A program made the translations under genes and the position numbers. Positions 1 to 9,006 of a stretch of 64,000 nt of DNA are shown here, piece after piece. The DNA is from Nitrosopumilus sp. (GTDB lineage Archaea > Thermoproteota > Nitrososphaeria > Nitrososphaerales > Nitrosopumilaceae), in the NCBI GenBank assembly GCA_965218785.1, contig OZ244650.1, positions 288,001 to 352,000 on the forward strand, written 5' to 3'. The stretch's first letter is position 1. Each line of letters opens with the position of its first letter. The notes beneath the pieces were generated by a model, which was given only the letters and a program-made list of their open reading frames with translations, ran no database searches and was not told where the DNA came from.

Positions 1-200
1 GATTATCTGAAATGCTTCAAGATGCATGCAGGCGACACGGATGCAAATTCTTTGTAGTTCCACTGCAGTATGCGGGGGACTGTGGAAGTCAGATATGCTG
101 GACCGGACTATTGGAATCACAGGTAAAACAGGGCACCCTGCTAAAAGATACGCTGATCACCCAATCTTGGAGATTAGATTCGGTAAAAATTGATTACTGA
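1..200 (+). CDS. kae1: KEOPS N6-threonylcarbamoyltransferase Kae1, C-terminal fragment (runs off window start)
   Basis: YAGDCGSQICWTG and ITQSWRLDSV resemble the Kae1 C-terminus; bud32 follows. Confidence 0.85.
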   Translation, partial: LSEMLQDACRRHGCKFFVVPLQYAGDCGSQICWTGLLESQVKQGTLLKDTLITQSWRLDSVKIDY

Positions 201-526
201 TTCTTGCCGCTGCTCTTTACTGCGTCTACAATACTGTTAACCCAACTTCCCGTATTGAGAACTCCAAACCTGTAGGTTTGTTCCCCCCCCTCCACTGTCT
301 TGACAGAAAAACATGCCTTCCTCATCAGCAGCCCCTCTTTCCAGACTTTAATCACATCGCCTAATGAAATGTCCAATATCGTATCCCCCATATGTTTAGA
401 AAAATCCAGCATTCGTGATCTAGTTTTGTCAAATGCCAATCTCTTGTTTGTCAACGTCAGAATTCCAGAGCCTAGATTATCCTCACTACAATCCTCTTGT
501 TTTATCTTCCTTTCATCATCTTTCAT
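194..526 (-). CDS. Hypothetical PH/GRAM-like domain protein
   Basis: 110-aa ORF; GILTLTNKRLAF is typical of PH-like folds. Confidence 0.6.
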   Translation of the reverse strand: MKDDERKIKQEDCSEDNLGSGILTLTNKRLAFDKTRSRMLDFSKHMGDTILDISLGDVIKVWKEGLLMRKACFSVKTVEGGEQTYRFGVLNTGSWVNSIVDAVKSSGKNQ

Positions 527-548
527 GATTAATTTTTATTGAATTCCT

Positions 549-1187
549 TTGGATATAATGTTAATGAAATTAAGAAAAAAAGGAGCAGAGGCCGACATAT
601 ATCAAACCAAATGGCAGGATTCTAACGCAATTCTCAAAATTCGAAAAATAAAAAATTATCGCAATCCCGCCCTTGATTTAAAAATACGCAGACAAAGAAC
701 GATCAAGGAATCTCAAATGTTATCCCATGTAAGATCATTGGGAATTCCCACGCCGCTTGTTTATTTTGTAAATTTGAAAAAATCGTCAATTACCATGCAG
801 GAAATTCCTGGAACACCGGTTCATGATCTCCCTGAATCCAAAATTATTGCACTATCCAGACAAATTGGAAAACTAGTTGGAGTACTACATAAAAACGGGG
901 TAATGCATGGAGACCTGACTACATCTAATTTCATACTATTCAAAAATACTACTGTTTTCGTCATTGATTTTGGGCTATCTCAAAATACGGTAAAACCCGA
1001 AGATCATGCAGTTGATCTTAGATTGATCAAAGAAATTCTTAACAGCGCTCATGCAAAAATCATGGCTCCTGCCTGGAAAAACTTTCTGATTGGCTACAAA
1101 TCCGTGGTTGGATACTCGAATTATGTCAAAATTACAAAACTAGTTTTAGATATAGAAAGTCGTGGTAGATATGCAACAGTCGTTTGA
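549..1187 (+). CDS. bud32: KEOPS kinase Bud32
   Basis: KKGAEA, HGDLTTSN, DFGLS, EDHAVDL and C-terminal RGRY motifs; true start may be a few codons downstream. Confidence 0.95.
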   Translation: MDIMLMKLRKKGAEADIYQTKWQDSNAILKIRKIKNYRNPALDLKIRRQRTIKESQMLSHVRSLGIPTPLVYFVNLKKSSITMQEIPGTPVHDLPESKIIALSRQIGKLVGVLHKNGVMHGDLTTSNFILFKNTTVFVIDFGLSQNTVKPEDHAVDLRLIKEILNSAHAKIMAPAWKNFLIGYKSVVGYSNYVKITKLVLDIESRGRYATVV

Positions 1188-1737
1188 CCTGCTTTTTGCG
1201 TCTTCAAATCGCCACAAATATCAGGAGGCAAAAAAAATTTTAGATCCCTTTGGAATAAATCTCGGTTTTTTTAAATCCGAGCTCGAAGAAATCCAGTCAA
1301 ATTCATTAAAAGACATAGCATCAAAAAAAGCAAAAGAGGCATTTTCCAAATGTAAACAACCAGTCATAATTGAAGACGACGGCCTGTTCATTGATTCACT
1401 TGGTGGGTTTCCAGGCCCATACTCGTCATATGTCTTCAAGACGATTGGAAACAAGGGAATTCTCAATCTTCTCAAAGATAACAGATCAGCAAAATTTGTC
1501 TCTGTTATTAGTTACTGTGATGGAAAAACGCTGCAATCATTTGATGCAAAACTTGACGGCACCATATCATGTTCGGAAAAAGCAAAAGGCTGGGGATATG
1601 ATCCGATCTTTATTCCAAAAGGTACAAAGAAAACATTTGCCCAATTAAATAACAAAAATGATCTGTCACACAGATACAAGGCATTAAAATTTTTTTCTAA
1701 CTGGTATCTACACAAGCAGGAATCCAGCGATCGATGA
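1171..1737 (+). CDS. rdgB: Non-canonical purine NTP pyrophosphatase (RdgB/HAM1)
   Basis: SSNRHK, EDDGL, GFPGPYS, GWGYDPIF and SHR motifs. Confidence 0.95.
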   Translation: MQQSFDLLFASSNRHKYQEAKKILDPFGINLGFFKSELEEIQSNSLKDIASKKAKEAFSKCKQPVIIEDDGLFIDSLGGFPGPYSSYVFKTIGNKGILNLLKDNRSAKFVSVISYCDGKTLQSFDAKLDGTISCSEKAKGWGYDPIFIPKGTKKTFAQLNNKNDLSHRYKALKFFSNWYLHKQESSDR

Positions 1738-2731
1738 ATCGCTGACTGTTCTGCAAAATTGAAATTCTTGAAATAGTGCTTTCATCCATTATTGAAAATA
1801 TCTTGCTATGTTCTGATATCTGTTCGCTGAAACTCCTTACTTCGTCCATTTCCAGCATATCTGAATGTTCTAGTCTGTTAGTTGAACGGCCAATATGCAT
1901 GTATGATTTTATTTCAATAAAGTGCGGACTTGCTTTTCTAAACATTTCTGCAAACGCTGGAATCATTTCCTTTTTGTCATTATAGCCTCTAATCAAAGTA
2001 ATTCTTAACACCGTCCTTGTTTTCAAATGCTTTAACATGTCAAGGGTTCTGTTCCATCTTTCCCAGGAATCATCATATTTTGGTTTGTTTATTCTCACAA
2101 ATGATTCATAGTCTGCCGCATTAGTTGATAAATACAGCTGTGTAGGCAGCGCATCCTCGTCTTGCAGTCTTTGAATCATGTCCGGTTCCTGTCCGTTAGT
2201 TACAAGAAAGATTGATTTTGTTGTCTCAAGTGACTTTAGATATTTGATCAGTTCTGGCAGTTTTGGATACATCGTCGGTTCGCCAGAAAGTGAAATTGAA
2301 TAATGACTTGGCAGTAATGACTCGTCTAATCTCTGTTTATCATTTCTTGAATCCCCATAATATCCATTGATTAATTTTTTTCTTTCAGCCATCAATTTTG
2401 TCAATATCTCTTCAGGTTCTGCAACCTGTTCTGGTTTCATTTCTAATAACTCATAAAACTCCATTGGCCTCCAACAGTATACACAGCGATTTTCACAGTA
2501 CATACCGGCCGGAGAAAATTCCATACATCTGTGGGTAGAAATTCCATAAAACTTGTGCTTGTAACAGCTTCCCTCGTGCTTGAAGGATTTTTTTGTCCAA
2601 TGACACAGTTCCACTGTGGAATGATCAGCAACACCATACTTTGCCTTTTTTAACTGCGCAGATATTGCCGGTCTTATCTGGATCAGATGGTCATCTTCTT
2701 CCTCAACTGTCTCCCCTGAACAACTCATCAA
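1697..2731 (-). CDS. tyw1: 4-demethylwyosine synthase Tyw1/Taw1 (radical SAM)
   Basis: CHWTK, CYKHKFYGI, CENRCVYCWR and SLSGEPT motifs. Confidence 0.95.
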   Translation of the reverse strand: MMSCSGETVEEEDDHLIQIRPAISAQLKKAKYGVADHSTVELCHWTKKSFKHEGSCYKHKFYGISTHRCMEFSPAGMYCENRCVYCWRPMEFYELLEMKPEQVAEPEEILTKLMAERKKLINGYYGDSRNDKQRLDESLLPSHYSISLSGEPTMYPKLPELIKYLKSLETTKSIFLVTNGQEPDMIQRLQDEDALPTQLYLSTNAADYESFVRINKPKYDDSWERWNRTLDMLKHLKTRTVLRITLIRGYNDKKEMIPAFAEMFRKASPHFIEIKSYMHIGRSTNRLEHSDMLEMDEVRSFSEQISEHSKIFSIMDESTISRISILQNSQRFIDRWIPACVDTS

Positions 2732-3068
2732 TTCAAATCTTCTTCTGTCTTACTTAAATTGATCGAGTTTTTTCCGTTTAACTGGAATTTCTCAAATCTG
2801 TTATAATTGAGAAGATTTCAGTCTATCTCATGATTCCTACGACAGCACACATCAGGCAGAGATTCAGATTCGGGCTGATCACTGGGCAATACCTCAAATC
2901 TCATACTAAAGCCGCCCCGTTGGCAGTCCATCCGGGGCTTTCTGGGGTTAATCCTAATTGATCTGTTGGCATAGATCTGAGGATATTTTGCTCAATTTTT
3001 GAACACATTTTGGAATACTAATTTTAGAGTGAGGTTTAATAACTGGATCCTCGGGGTAATTTTAGATA

Positions 3069-5504
3069 TTGAAACGAATACATATTTTGCCATTCCTAGT
3101 TCTGCTTTTAACCACATTAACAAGTATGCCTGTAAACTATAGTTTTGCCGCTGATGATTTGGATAATGATGGCGTTGAAGATTCAATAGATGCCTGTCCA
3201 AATTTACAAGAAGACAATGTTGGCCCAATTGACGGGTGCCCATCAGACTTTGTTCCATGGTATGATGAAGATTTTGATGGCATAGAAGATCATGTTGATC
3301 AGTGCCCAGATCTTAGAGAAAATTACAACAAGTTCCAGGATGAAGACGGCTGTCCTGATTCGTCTTCCGGAGATGGATCAGGTGAAGCTCCCGATGCTGA
3401 TGATGACGGGTTTAATGATTATGTGGATAACTGTCCAAACCAGCCAGAAACATTCAACGGGGTTGATGATGCCGACGGCTGCCCTGATGATTTTAACTCA
3501 GATGACAGGGATGGAGATGGTGTACCTGATGCAACTGATGCGTGTCCATTAAGTATGGAGACTTATAATAAATTTCAAGACGACGACGGCTGTCCTGATA
3601 CTGTAAACGAATCCACTTATACTGATGTTGATAATGACGGCGTTCCAGATACAATTGATATGTGTTTGACTGAACCCGAAGTGTATAATGGCTATCTTGA
3701 CACCGACGGATGTCCGGACACCTCATTAGGTTCTTCATTTATTGATACTGACAATGATGGAATAGCAGACCAATTTGATGTATGTGTTACTGACGCGGAA
3801 ACTTACAACAGATTTGCCGATTACGACGGCTGCCCTGATGTTCCTCCATCATTTACAGGCACATTAAATGATACAGATGGTGATAAAATTATGGGCTCTG
3901 ATGATGCATGTCCACTACAACCTGAAAGATACAACGGATTCCAGGATGATGACGGCTGCCCTGATATTCCTCCTTATTCTAGTGATTCTGATTCAGATCT
4001 TGATGGAATAATAAATAGTGTTGATCAATGTCCCGAAGTAAAAGAAACCTACAACAAGTTCCAGGATGATGACGGCTGCCCTGACTTTGTTAGTAATAAT
4101 AAAGAAATTCCAGATACTGATGATGACAAAATCAATGATTATGTAGACCTGTGTCCAACACAGCCAGAAACATACAATGGTATTTTTGACATCGACGGCT
4201 GTCCTGATACTGTAAATACAACGGACAGAGATTCGGATGGAATTCCTGATAATTTAGATCAGTGTCAAACTGCCAAAGAAACTTACAACGGATTACAAGA
4301 TTATGACGGCTGTCCGGATAGCATATCTGGATATTCTGCAATAGACTTTGACGGTGATAGAATTTCTGACTTGAGTGATAATTGCCCACTTGAAGCAGAA
4401 GTGTATAATGGATATCTTGACAACGACGGCTGCCCTGATATTCTAGTTGCAGATACTGATGATGATGGAATTAGAGATACGTTAGATCAATGTCCTGAAA
4501 CTGCAGAAACTTGGAACAGGTATCTTGACAACGACGGCTGTCCGGATAATCCCTCTGAATTTGATTCAGACTTTGATGGCATTGTGGATTCAGTAGATCA
4601 ATGCCCTTTTACTGGGGAACGTTACAACAACTTTGAAGATGATGACGGCTGCCCAGATTACCCAGATTACACTACCAGCTTAGATTCCGACTTTGACGGA
4701 CTCGCCGATGAATTAGATCAATGTCCTAAAGTAAAAGAAACCTACAACAAGTTCCAGGATGAAGACGGCTGTCCGGACTCTGTAGCAGACAACAAGGAAA
4801 CTCCGGATTCAGATAATGATGGAATTAATGATTACAATGATAACTGTCCAACACAGCCAGAAACCTATGATGGAATTCTTGATACTGATGGCTGCCCTGA
4901 TAATTATATTTCAAATAATGATCGTGACCTAGATGGAATTTTAGACGAAGTTGATGCATGTCCGAGTGCCAAAGAAACCTACAACAAGTTCCAGGATAGT
5001 GACGGCTGTCCGGACTCTGTAACAGAGTCATTTGTTGTTGATACTGATAATGACGGCATCGATGATGTTGATGATAATTGCCCACTAGTTGCTGAAAATT
5101 ACAACGGATTACAAGATGAAGACGGCTGTCCGGATGTTGATGACACCCAGCCTGACAGTGACGGTGACGGTGTTACAGATGCAATGGATCTGTGTCCAGA
5201 CCTAGATGAAGTCTGGAATAGATATGTTGACTATGACGGCTGTCCCGATTCCCTCCCAACTGTAGATGCTACATATGACAGTGACGGGGATGAAATAAAT
5301 GACGATATTGATTTATGTCCAAATGAAAAAGAAGTCTGGAATAAATACAATGATCATGACGGCTGCCCAGATGCTGTCCCAGAACAGTCAAGATACAAAC
5401 ATGATGCTGATTTAGATGATATTATCAATGACTACGATCTATGTCCCCTTGAACCAGAAGATTATGACGGAGATAGAGATGCCGATGGATGCCCCGACCA
5501 ATAG
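3069..5504 (+). CDS. Secreted thrombospondin type-3-like repeat protein (Ca-binding), copy 1
   Basis: Signal peptide followed by repeats of DxDxDGxxDxxDxCPxxxExYNxxxDxDGCPD. Confidence 0.9.
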   Translation: MKRIHILPFLVLLLTTLTSMPVNYSFAADDLDNDGVEDSIDACPNLQEDNVGPIDGCPSDFVPWYDEDFDGIEDHVDQCPDLRENYNKFQDEDGCPDSSSGDGSGEAPDADDDGFNDYVDNCPNQPETFNGVDDADGCPDDFNSDDRDGDGVPDATDACPLSMETYNKFQDDDGCPDTVNESTYTDVDNDGVPDTIDMCLTEPEVYNGYLDTDGCPDTSLGSSFIDTDNDGIADQFDVCVTDAETYNRFADYDGCPDVPPSFTGTLNDTDGDKIMGSDDACPLQPERYNGFQDDDGCPDIPPYSSDSDSDLDGIINSVDQCPEVKETYNKFQDDDGCPDFVSNNKEIPDTDDDKINDYVDLCPTQPETYNGIFDIDGCPDTVNTTDRDSDGIPDNLDQCQTAKETYNGLQDYDGCPDSISGYSAIDFDGDRISDLSDNCPLEAEVYNGYLDNDGCPDILVADTDDDGIRDTLDQCPETAETWNRYLDNDGCPDNPSEFDSDFDGIVDSVDQCPFTGERYNNFEDDDGCPDYPDYTTSLDSDFDGLADELDQCPKVKETYNKFQDEDGCPDSVADNKETPDSDNDGINDYNDNCPTQPETYDGILDTDGCPDNYISNNDRDLDGILDEVDACPSAKETYNKFQDSDGCPDSVTESFVVDTDNDGIDDVDDNCPLVAENYNGLQDEDGCPDVDDTQPDSDGDGVTDAMDLCPDLDEVWNRYVDYDGCPDSLPTVDATYDSDGDEINDDIDLCPNEKEVWNKYNDHDGCPDAVPEQSRYKHDADLDDIINDYDLCPLEPEDYDGDRDADGCPDQ

Positions 5505-5516
5505 CAGTATCTCAAA

Positions 5517-8500
5517 ATGAAAAAACATCATCTTGCAGGATTTTTGCTTTTACTCATCTCTACCATTGGTATGACGCAAAGTGGTGTTTATGCAAATGAA
5601 TCAATTGACAATGACGGTGATGGCGTTCCAAATAATGTTGATCAATGCCCAAACCTTCTAGAGGATTATGATCCGCAATACGGCGGCAACATTGACGGCT
5701 GTCCGGCGGACTTTGTTCCGTGGTATGACACTGATAGTGACGGAATACAGGATCATATTGACAACTGTCCAACCGTAAAAGAAACCTATAACCAGGTTCA
5801 GGATGAAGACGGCTGCCCTGATTTATCATCTTATGATGCAAAGAAGACCGCAGATTCTGACGGTGACGGCTTTCCAGATTATCTGGATTTGTGTCCAAAC
5901 CAGCCAGAAACATTCAATGGAATTGATGACAAGGACGGATGTCCTGATGATTCACTGACATCAAGGGATGGCGACAATGACGGACTTTCAGATACTGTGG
6001 ATGCATGTCCGCTGGAGCCTGAAACATACAACAGATTCCAAGACAGTGACGGCTGCCCTGATACTGTTGATGCAACTGCACCCCAGTACCAGTTCCCTGA
6101 CGCTGACGGCGACAGAATAGATGACAGGTGGGACGCATGCACAGACGAGCAGGAGAACTATAACGGATATCTGGACTGGGACGGCTGCCCGGACGTACCT
6201 GGAGCAGATTCTCCTAAAATATCTGATGGTGATTATGACGGCATTCCAGATTCTGATGATGCATGTCCGTTAGAGCGCGAGAATTACAATAAATTCCAAG
6301 ATGACGACGGCTGTCCGGACATCATTGATTATCAAATAGTAGGTGATGCTGATTATGATGCCATTTTGGATCCAAATGATTCCTGCCCATTTAGTCCTGA
6401 AACATACAACCTGTTTGAAGATCTAGACGGCTGTCCTGATTCCATAATAGACAACAAACGAACCGCCGATTCTGACGGCGACGGCTTTCCAGATTATCTG
6501 GATTTGTGTCCAAACCAGCCAGAAACATTCAATGGAACTGATGACAAGGACGGATGTCCTGATGATTCACTGACATCAAGGGATGGCGACAGTGACGGTA
6601 TAATCGATACCTCCGATGCATGTCCGCTGGAACCTGAAACTTACAACGGATTCCAGGATGGCGACGGCTGCCCTGATGTTGTTGATGCAACTGCACCCCA
6701 GTACCAGTTCCCTGACGCTGACGGCGACAGAATAGATGACAGGTGGGACGCATGCACAGACGAGCAGGAGAACTATAACGGATACCTGGACTGGGACGGC
6801 TGCCCGGACGTTGAGGGCACGACTGCAGGCGACGTATCTGACGTTGATTATGACGGTATTCCAGATCACTCAGATCAGTGTCCGAGACTAGCTGAAAGAC
6901 ACAACGGATTCCAAGACGACGACGGCTGCCCGGATATTGTTGATTTCCGAACAATCAGTGACACCGATTCTGACGGCATTTATGATGATCTAGATTACTG
7001 TCCAAATTCCAAGGAAACTTACAACTTTTATTTGGATGAAGACGGCTGCCCTGATTACGTGGCAGAGAACAAAAAAACCGCAGATTCTGACGGTGACGGC
7101 TTTCCAGATTATCTGGATTTGTGCCCAACACAGCCAGAAACATTCAATGGAATTGATGACAAGGACGGATGTCCGGATAATTCACTGACATCAAAGGATG
7201 GCGATGATGACGGACTTTTAGATACTGTGGATGCATGTCCGCTGGAACCTGAAACATACAACGGATTCCAGGACGGTGACGGATGTCCTGATGATGTAGA
7301 TGCAACTATACCCCAGTACTATTTCCCCGACAATGACGATGACAGAATAGATGACAGGTGGGACGCATGCGCAGACGAGCAGGAGAACTATAACGGATAC
7401 CTGGACTGGGACGGCTGCCCGGACGTACCTGGAGCAGATTCTCCTAAAATATCTGACGGTGATTATGACGGCATTCCAGATTCTGATGATGCATGTCCGT
7501 TAGAGCGCGAGAATTACAACAGATTCCAAGATGACGACGGCTGTCCTGACATCATTGATTATCAAATAGTAGGTGATGCTGATTATGATGCCATTTTGGA
7601 TCCAAATGATTCCTGCCCATTTAGTCCTGAAACATACAACCTGTTTGAAGATCTAGACGGCTGCCCTGATTACGTGGCAGACAACAAAAAAACCGCCGAT
7701 TCTGACGGTGACGGCTTTCCAGATCATCTGGACCTGTGCCCAACACAGCCAGAAACATTCAATGGAATTGATGACAAGGACGGATGTCCGGATAATTCAC
7801 TGACATCAAAGGATGGCGATGATGACGGACTTTTAGATACTGTGGATGCATGTCCGCTGGAACCTGAAACATACAACGGATTCCAAGATGGCGATGGCTG
7901 TCCGGATACTGTTGATGCAACTGCACCCCAGTACCAGTTTCCTGACGCTGACGGTGACAGAGTAGATGACAGGTGGGACGCATGCGCAGACGAGCAGGAA
8001 AACTATAACGGATACCTGGACTGGGATGGCTGCCCGGACTTTGAGGGTACAACTATCGGCGACGTACTTGACGGTGATTATGACGGCATTCCAGATTCCT
8101 CAGATCAATGTCCGATGCTAGCTGAAAGATACAACGGATTCCAAGACGACGACGGCTGTCCGGACAGCGTTTATTTCCAGACAGTCGGCGACACTGATTC
8201 TGACGGCATTTATGATGATATAGATGAATGCCCAACTTCCAAGGAAATTTACAACAAATATCTTGATTATGACGGCTGTCCAGATTATGTAGTAGAAAAC
8301 AAGGGAATTGCAGATTCTGACGGTGACAGCCTTCCAGATCATCTGGACCTGTGCCCAACACAGCCAGAAACATTCAATGGAATTGATGACAAGGACGGAT
8401 GTCCGGATAATTCACTGACATCAAGGGATGGCGATGATGACGGACTTTTAGATACTGTAGATGCATGTCCACTGGAACCTGAAACATACAACGGATTCCA

Positions 8501-8918
8501 AGATGGCGATGGCTGCCCGGATACTGTTGATGCAACTGCACCCCAGTACCAGTTCCCTGACGCTGACGGTGACAGAGTAGATGACAGGTGGGATTCCTGC
8601 ATTGACGAGCAGGAGAACTATAACGGATACCTGGACTGGGACGGCTGCCCGGACGTATTTGCAGCAGAATCTACGGTTCCTGCATACTCTGACTCTGACG
8701 GTGATGGATATCAGGATGATGCTGATTCCTGCCCGATAAATCCTGAAACTTGGAATAAATATCTGGACTGGGATGGCTGCCCTGATACTGCCCCGGAACA
8801 AAAGAGATTTCTCCAAGATGATGACCTAGATGGAATCCACAATGATGTGGATCAGTGTCCTCTTAGCCCTGAAGATTATGACGGGGACAGGGACGAAGAC
8901 GGCTGTCCTGACCAATAA
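5517..8918 (+). CDS. Secreted thrombospondin type-3-like repeat protein, copy 2
   Basis: Signal peptide plus the same repeats, arranged in five 205-aa higher-order units. Confidence 0.9.
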   Translation: MKKHHLAGFLLLLISTIGMTQSGVYANESIDNDGDGVPNNVDQCPNLLEDYDPQYGGNIDGCPADFVPWYDTDSDGIQDHIDNCPTVKETYNQVQDEDGCPDLSSYDAKKTADSDGDGFPDYLDLCPNQPETFNGIDDKDGCPDDSLTSRDGDNDGLSDTVDACPLEPETYNRFQDSDGCPDTVDATAPQYQFPDADGDRIDDRWDACTDEQENYNGYLDWDGCPDVPGADSPKISDGDYDGIPDSDDACPLERENYNKFQDDDGCPDIIDYQIVGDADYDAILDPNDSCPFSPETYNLFEDLDGCPDSIIDNKRTADSDGDGFPDYLDLCPNQPETFNGTDDKDGCPDDSLTSRDGDSDGIIDTSDACPLEPETYNGFQDGDGCPDVVDATAPQYQFPDADGDRIDDRWDACTDEQENYNGYLDWDGCPDVEGTTAGDVSDVDYDGIPDHSDQCPRLAERHNGFQDDDGCPDIVDFRTISDTDSDGIYDDLDYCPNSKETYNFYLDEDGCPDYVAENKKTADSDGDGFPDYLDLCPTQPETFNGIDDKDGCPDNSLTSKDGDDDGLLDTVDACPLEPETYNGFQDGDGCPDDVDATIPQYYFPDNDDDRIDDRWDACADEQENYNGYLDWDGCPDVPGADSPKISDGDYDGIPDSDDACPLERENYNRFQDDDGCPDIIDYQIVGDADYDAILDPNDSCPFSPETYNLFEDLDGCPDYVADNKKTADSDGDGFPDHLDLCPTQPETFNGIDDKDGCPDNSLTSKDGDDDGLLDTVDACPLEPETYNGFQDGDGCPDTVDATAPQYQFPDADGDRVDDRWDACADEQENYNGYLDWDGCPDFEGTTIGDVLDGDYDGIPDSSDQCPMLAERYNGFQDDDGCPDSVYFQTVGDTDSDGIYDDIDECPTSKEIYNKYLDYDGCPDYVVENKGIADSDGDSLPDHLDLCPTQPETFNGIDDKDGCPDNSLTSRDGDDDGLLDTVDACPLEPETYNGFQDGDGCPDTVDATAPQYQFPDADGDRVDDRWDSCIDEQENYNGYLDWDGCPDVFAAESTVPAYSDSDGDGYQDDADSCPINPETWNKYLDWDGCPDTAPEQKRFLQDDDLDGIHNDVDQCPLSPEDYDGDRDEDGCPDQ
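5853..8918 (+). repeat. 615-bp higher-order intragenic tandem repeat (ABAB plus terminal unit)
   Basis: GATTCTGACGG anchor at 5853, 6468, 7083, 7698 and 8313, an exact 615-bp period. Confidence 0.9.
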
Positions 8919-9006
8919 ACCAACTTTTAATGATTTTTAGTTTGATTAAAAGAAACTATTTAGCGTGAGACTTAATAAATACTTGATAATAGCGGAGTCA
9001 GGAATA

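Noticed and set aside
2818-2980. TPP, FMN or cobalamin riboswitch, or RNase P/SRP RNA
   Set aside because: Only scattered short matches; conserved cores absent
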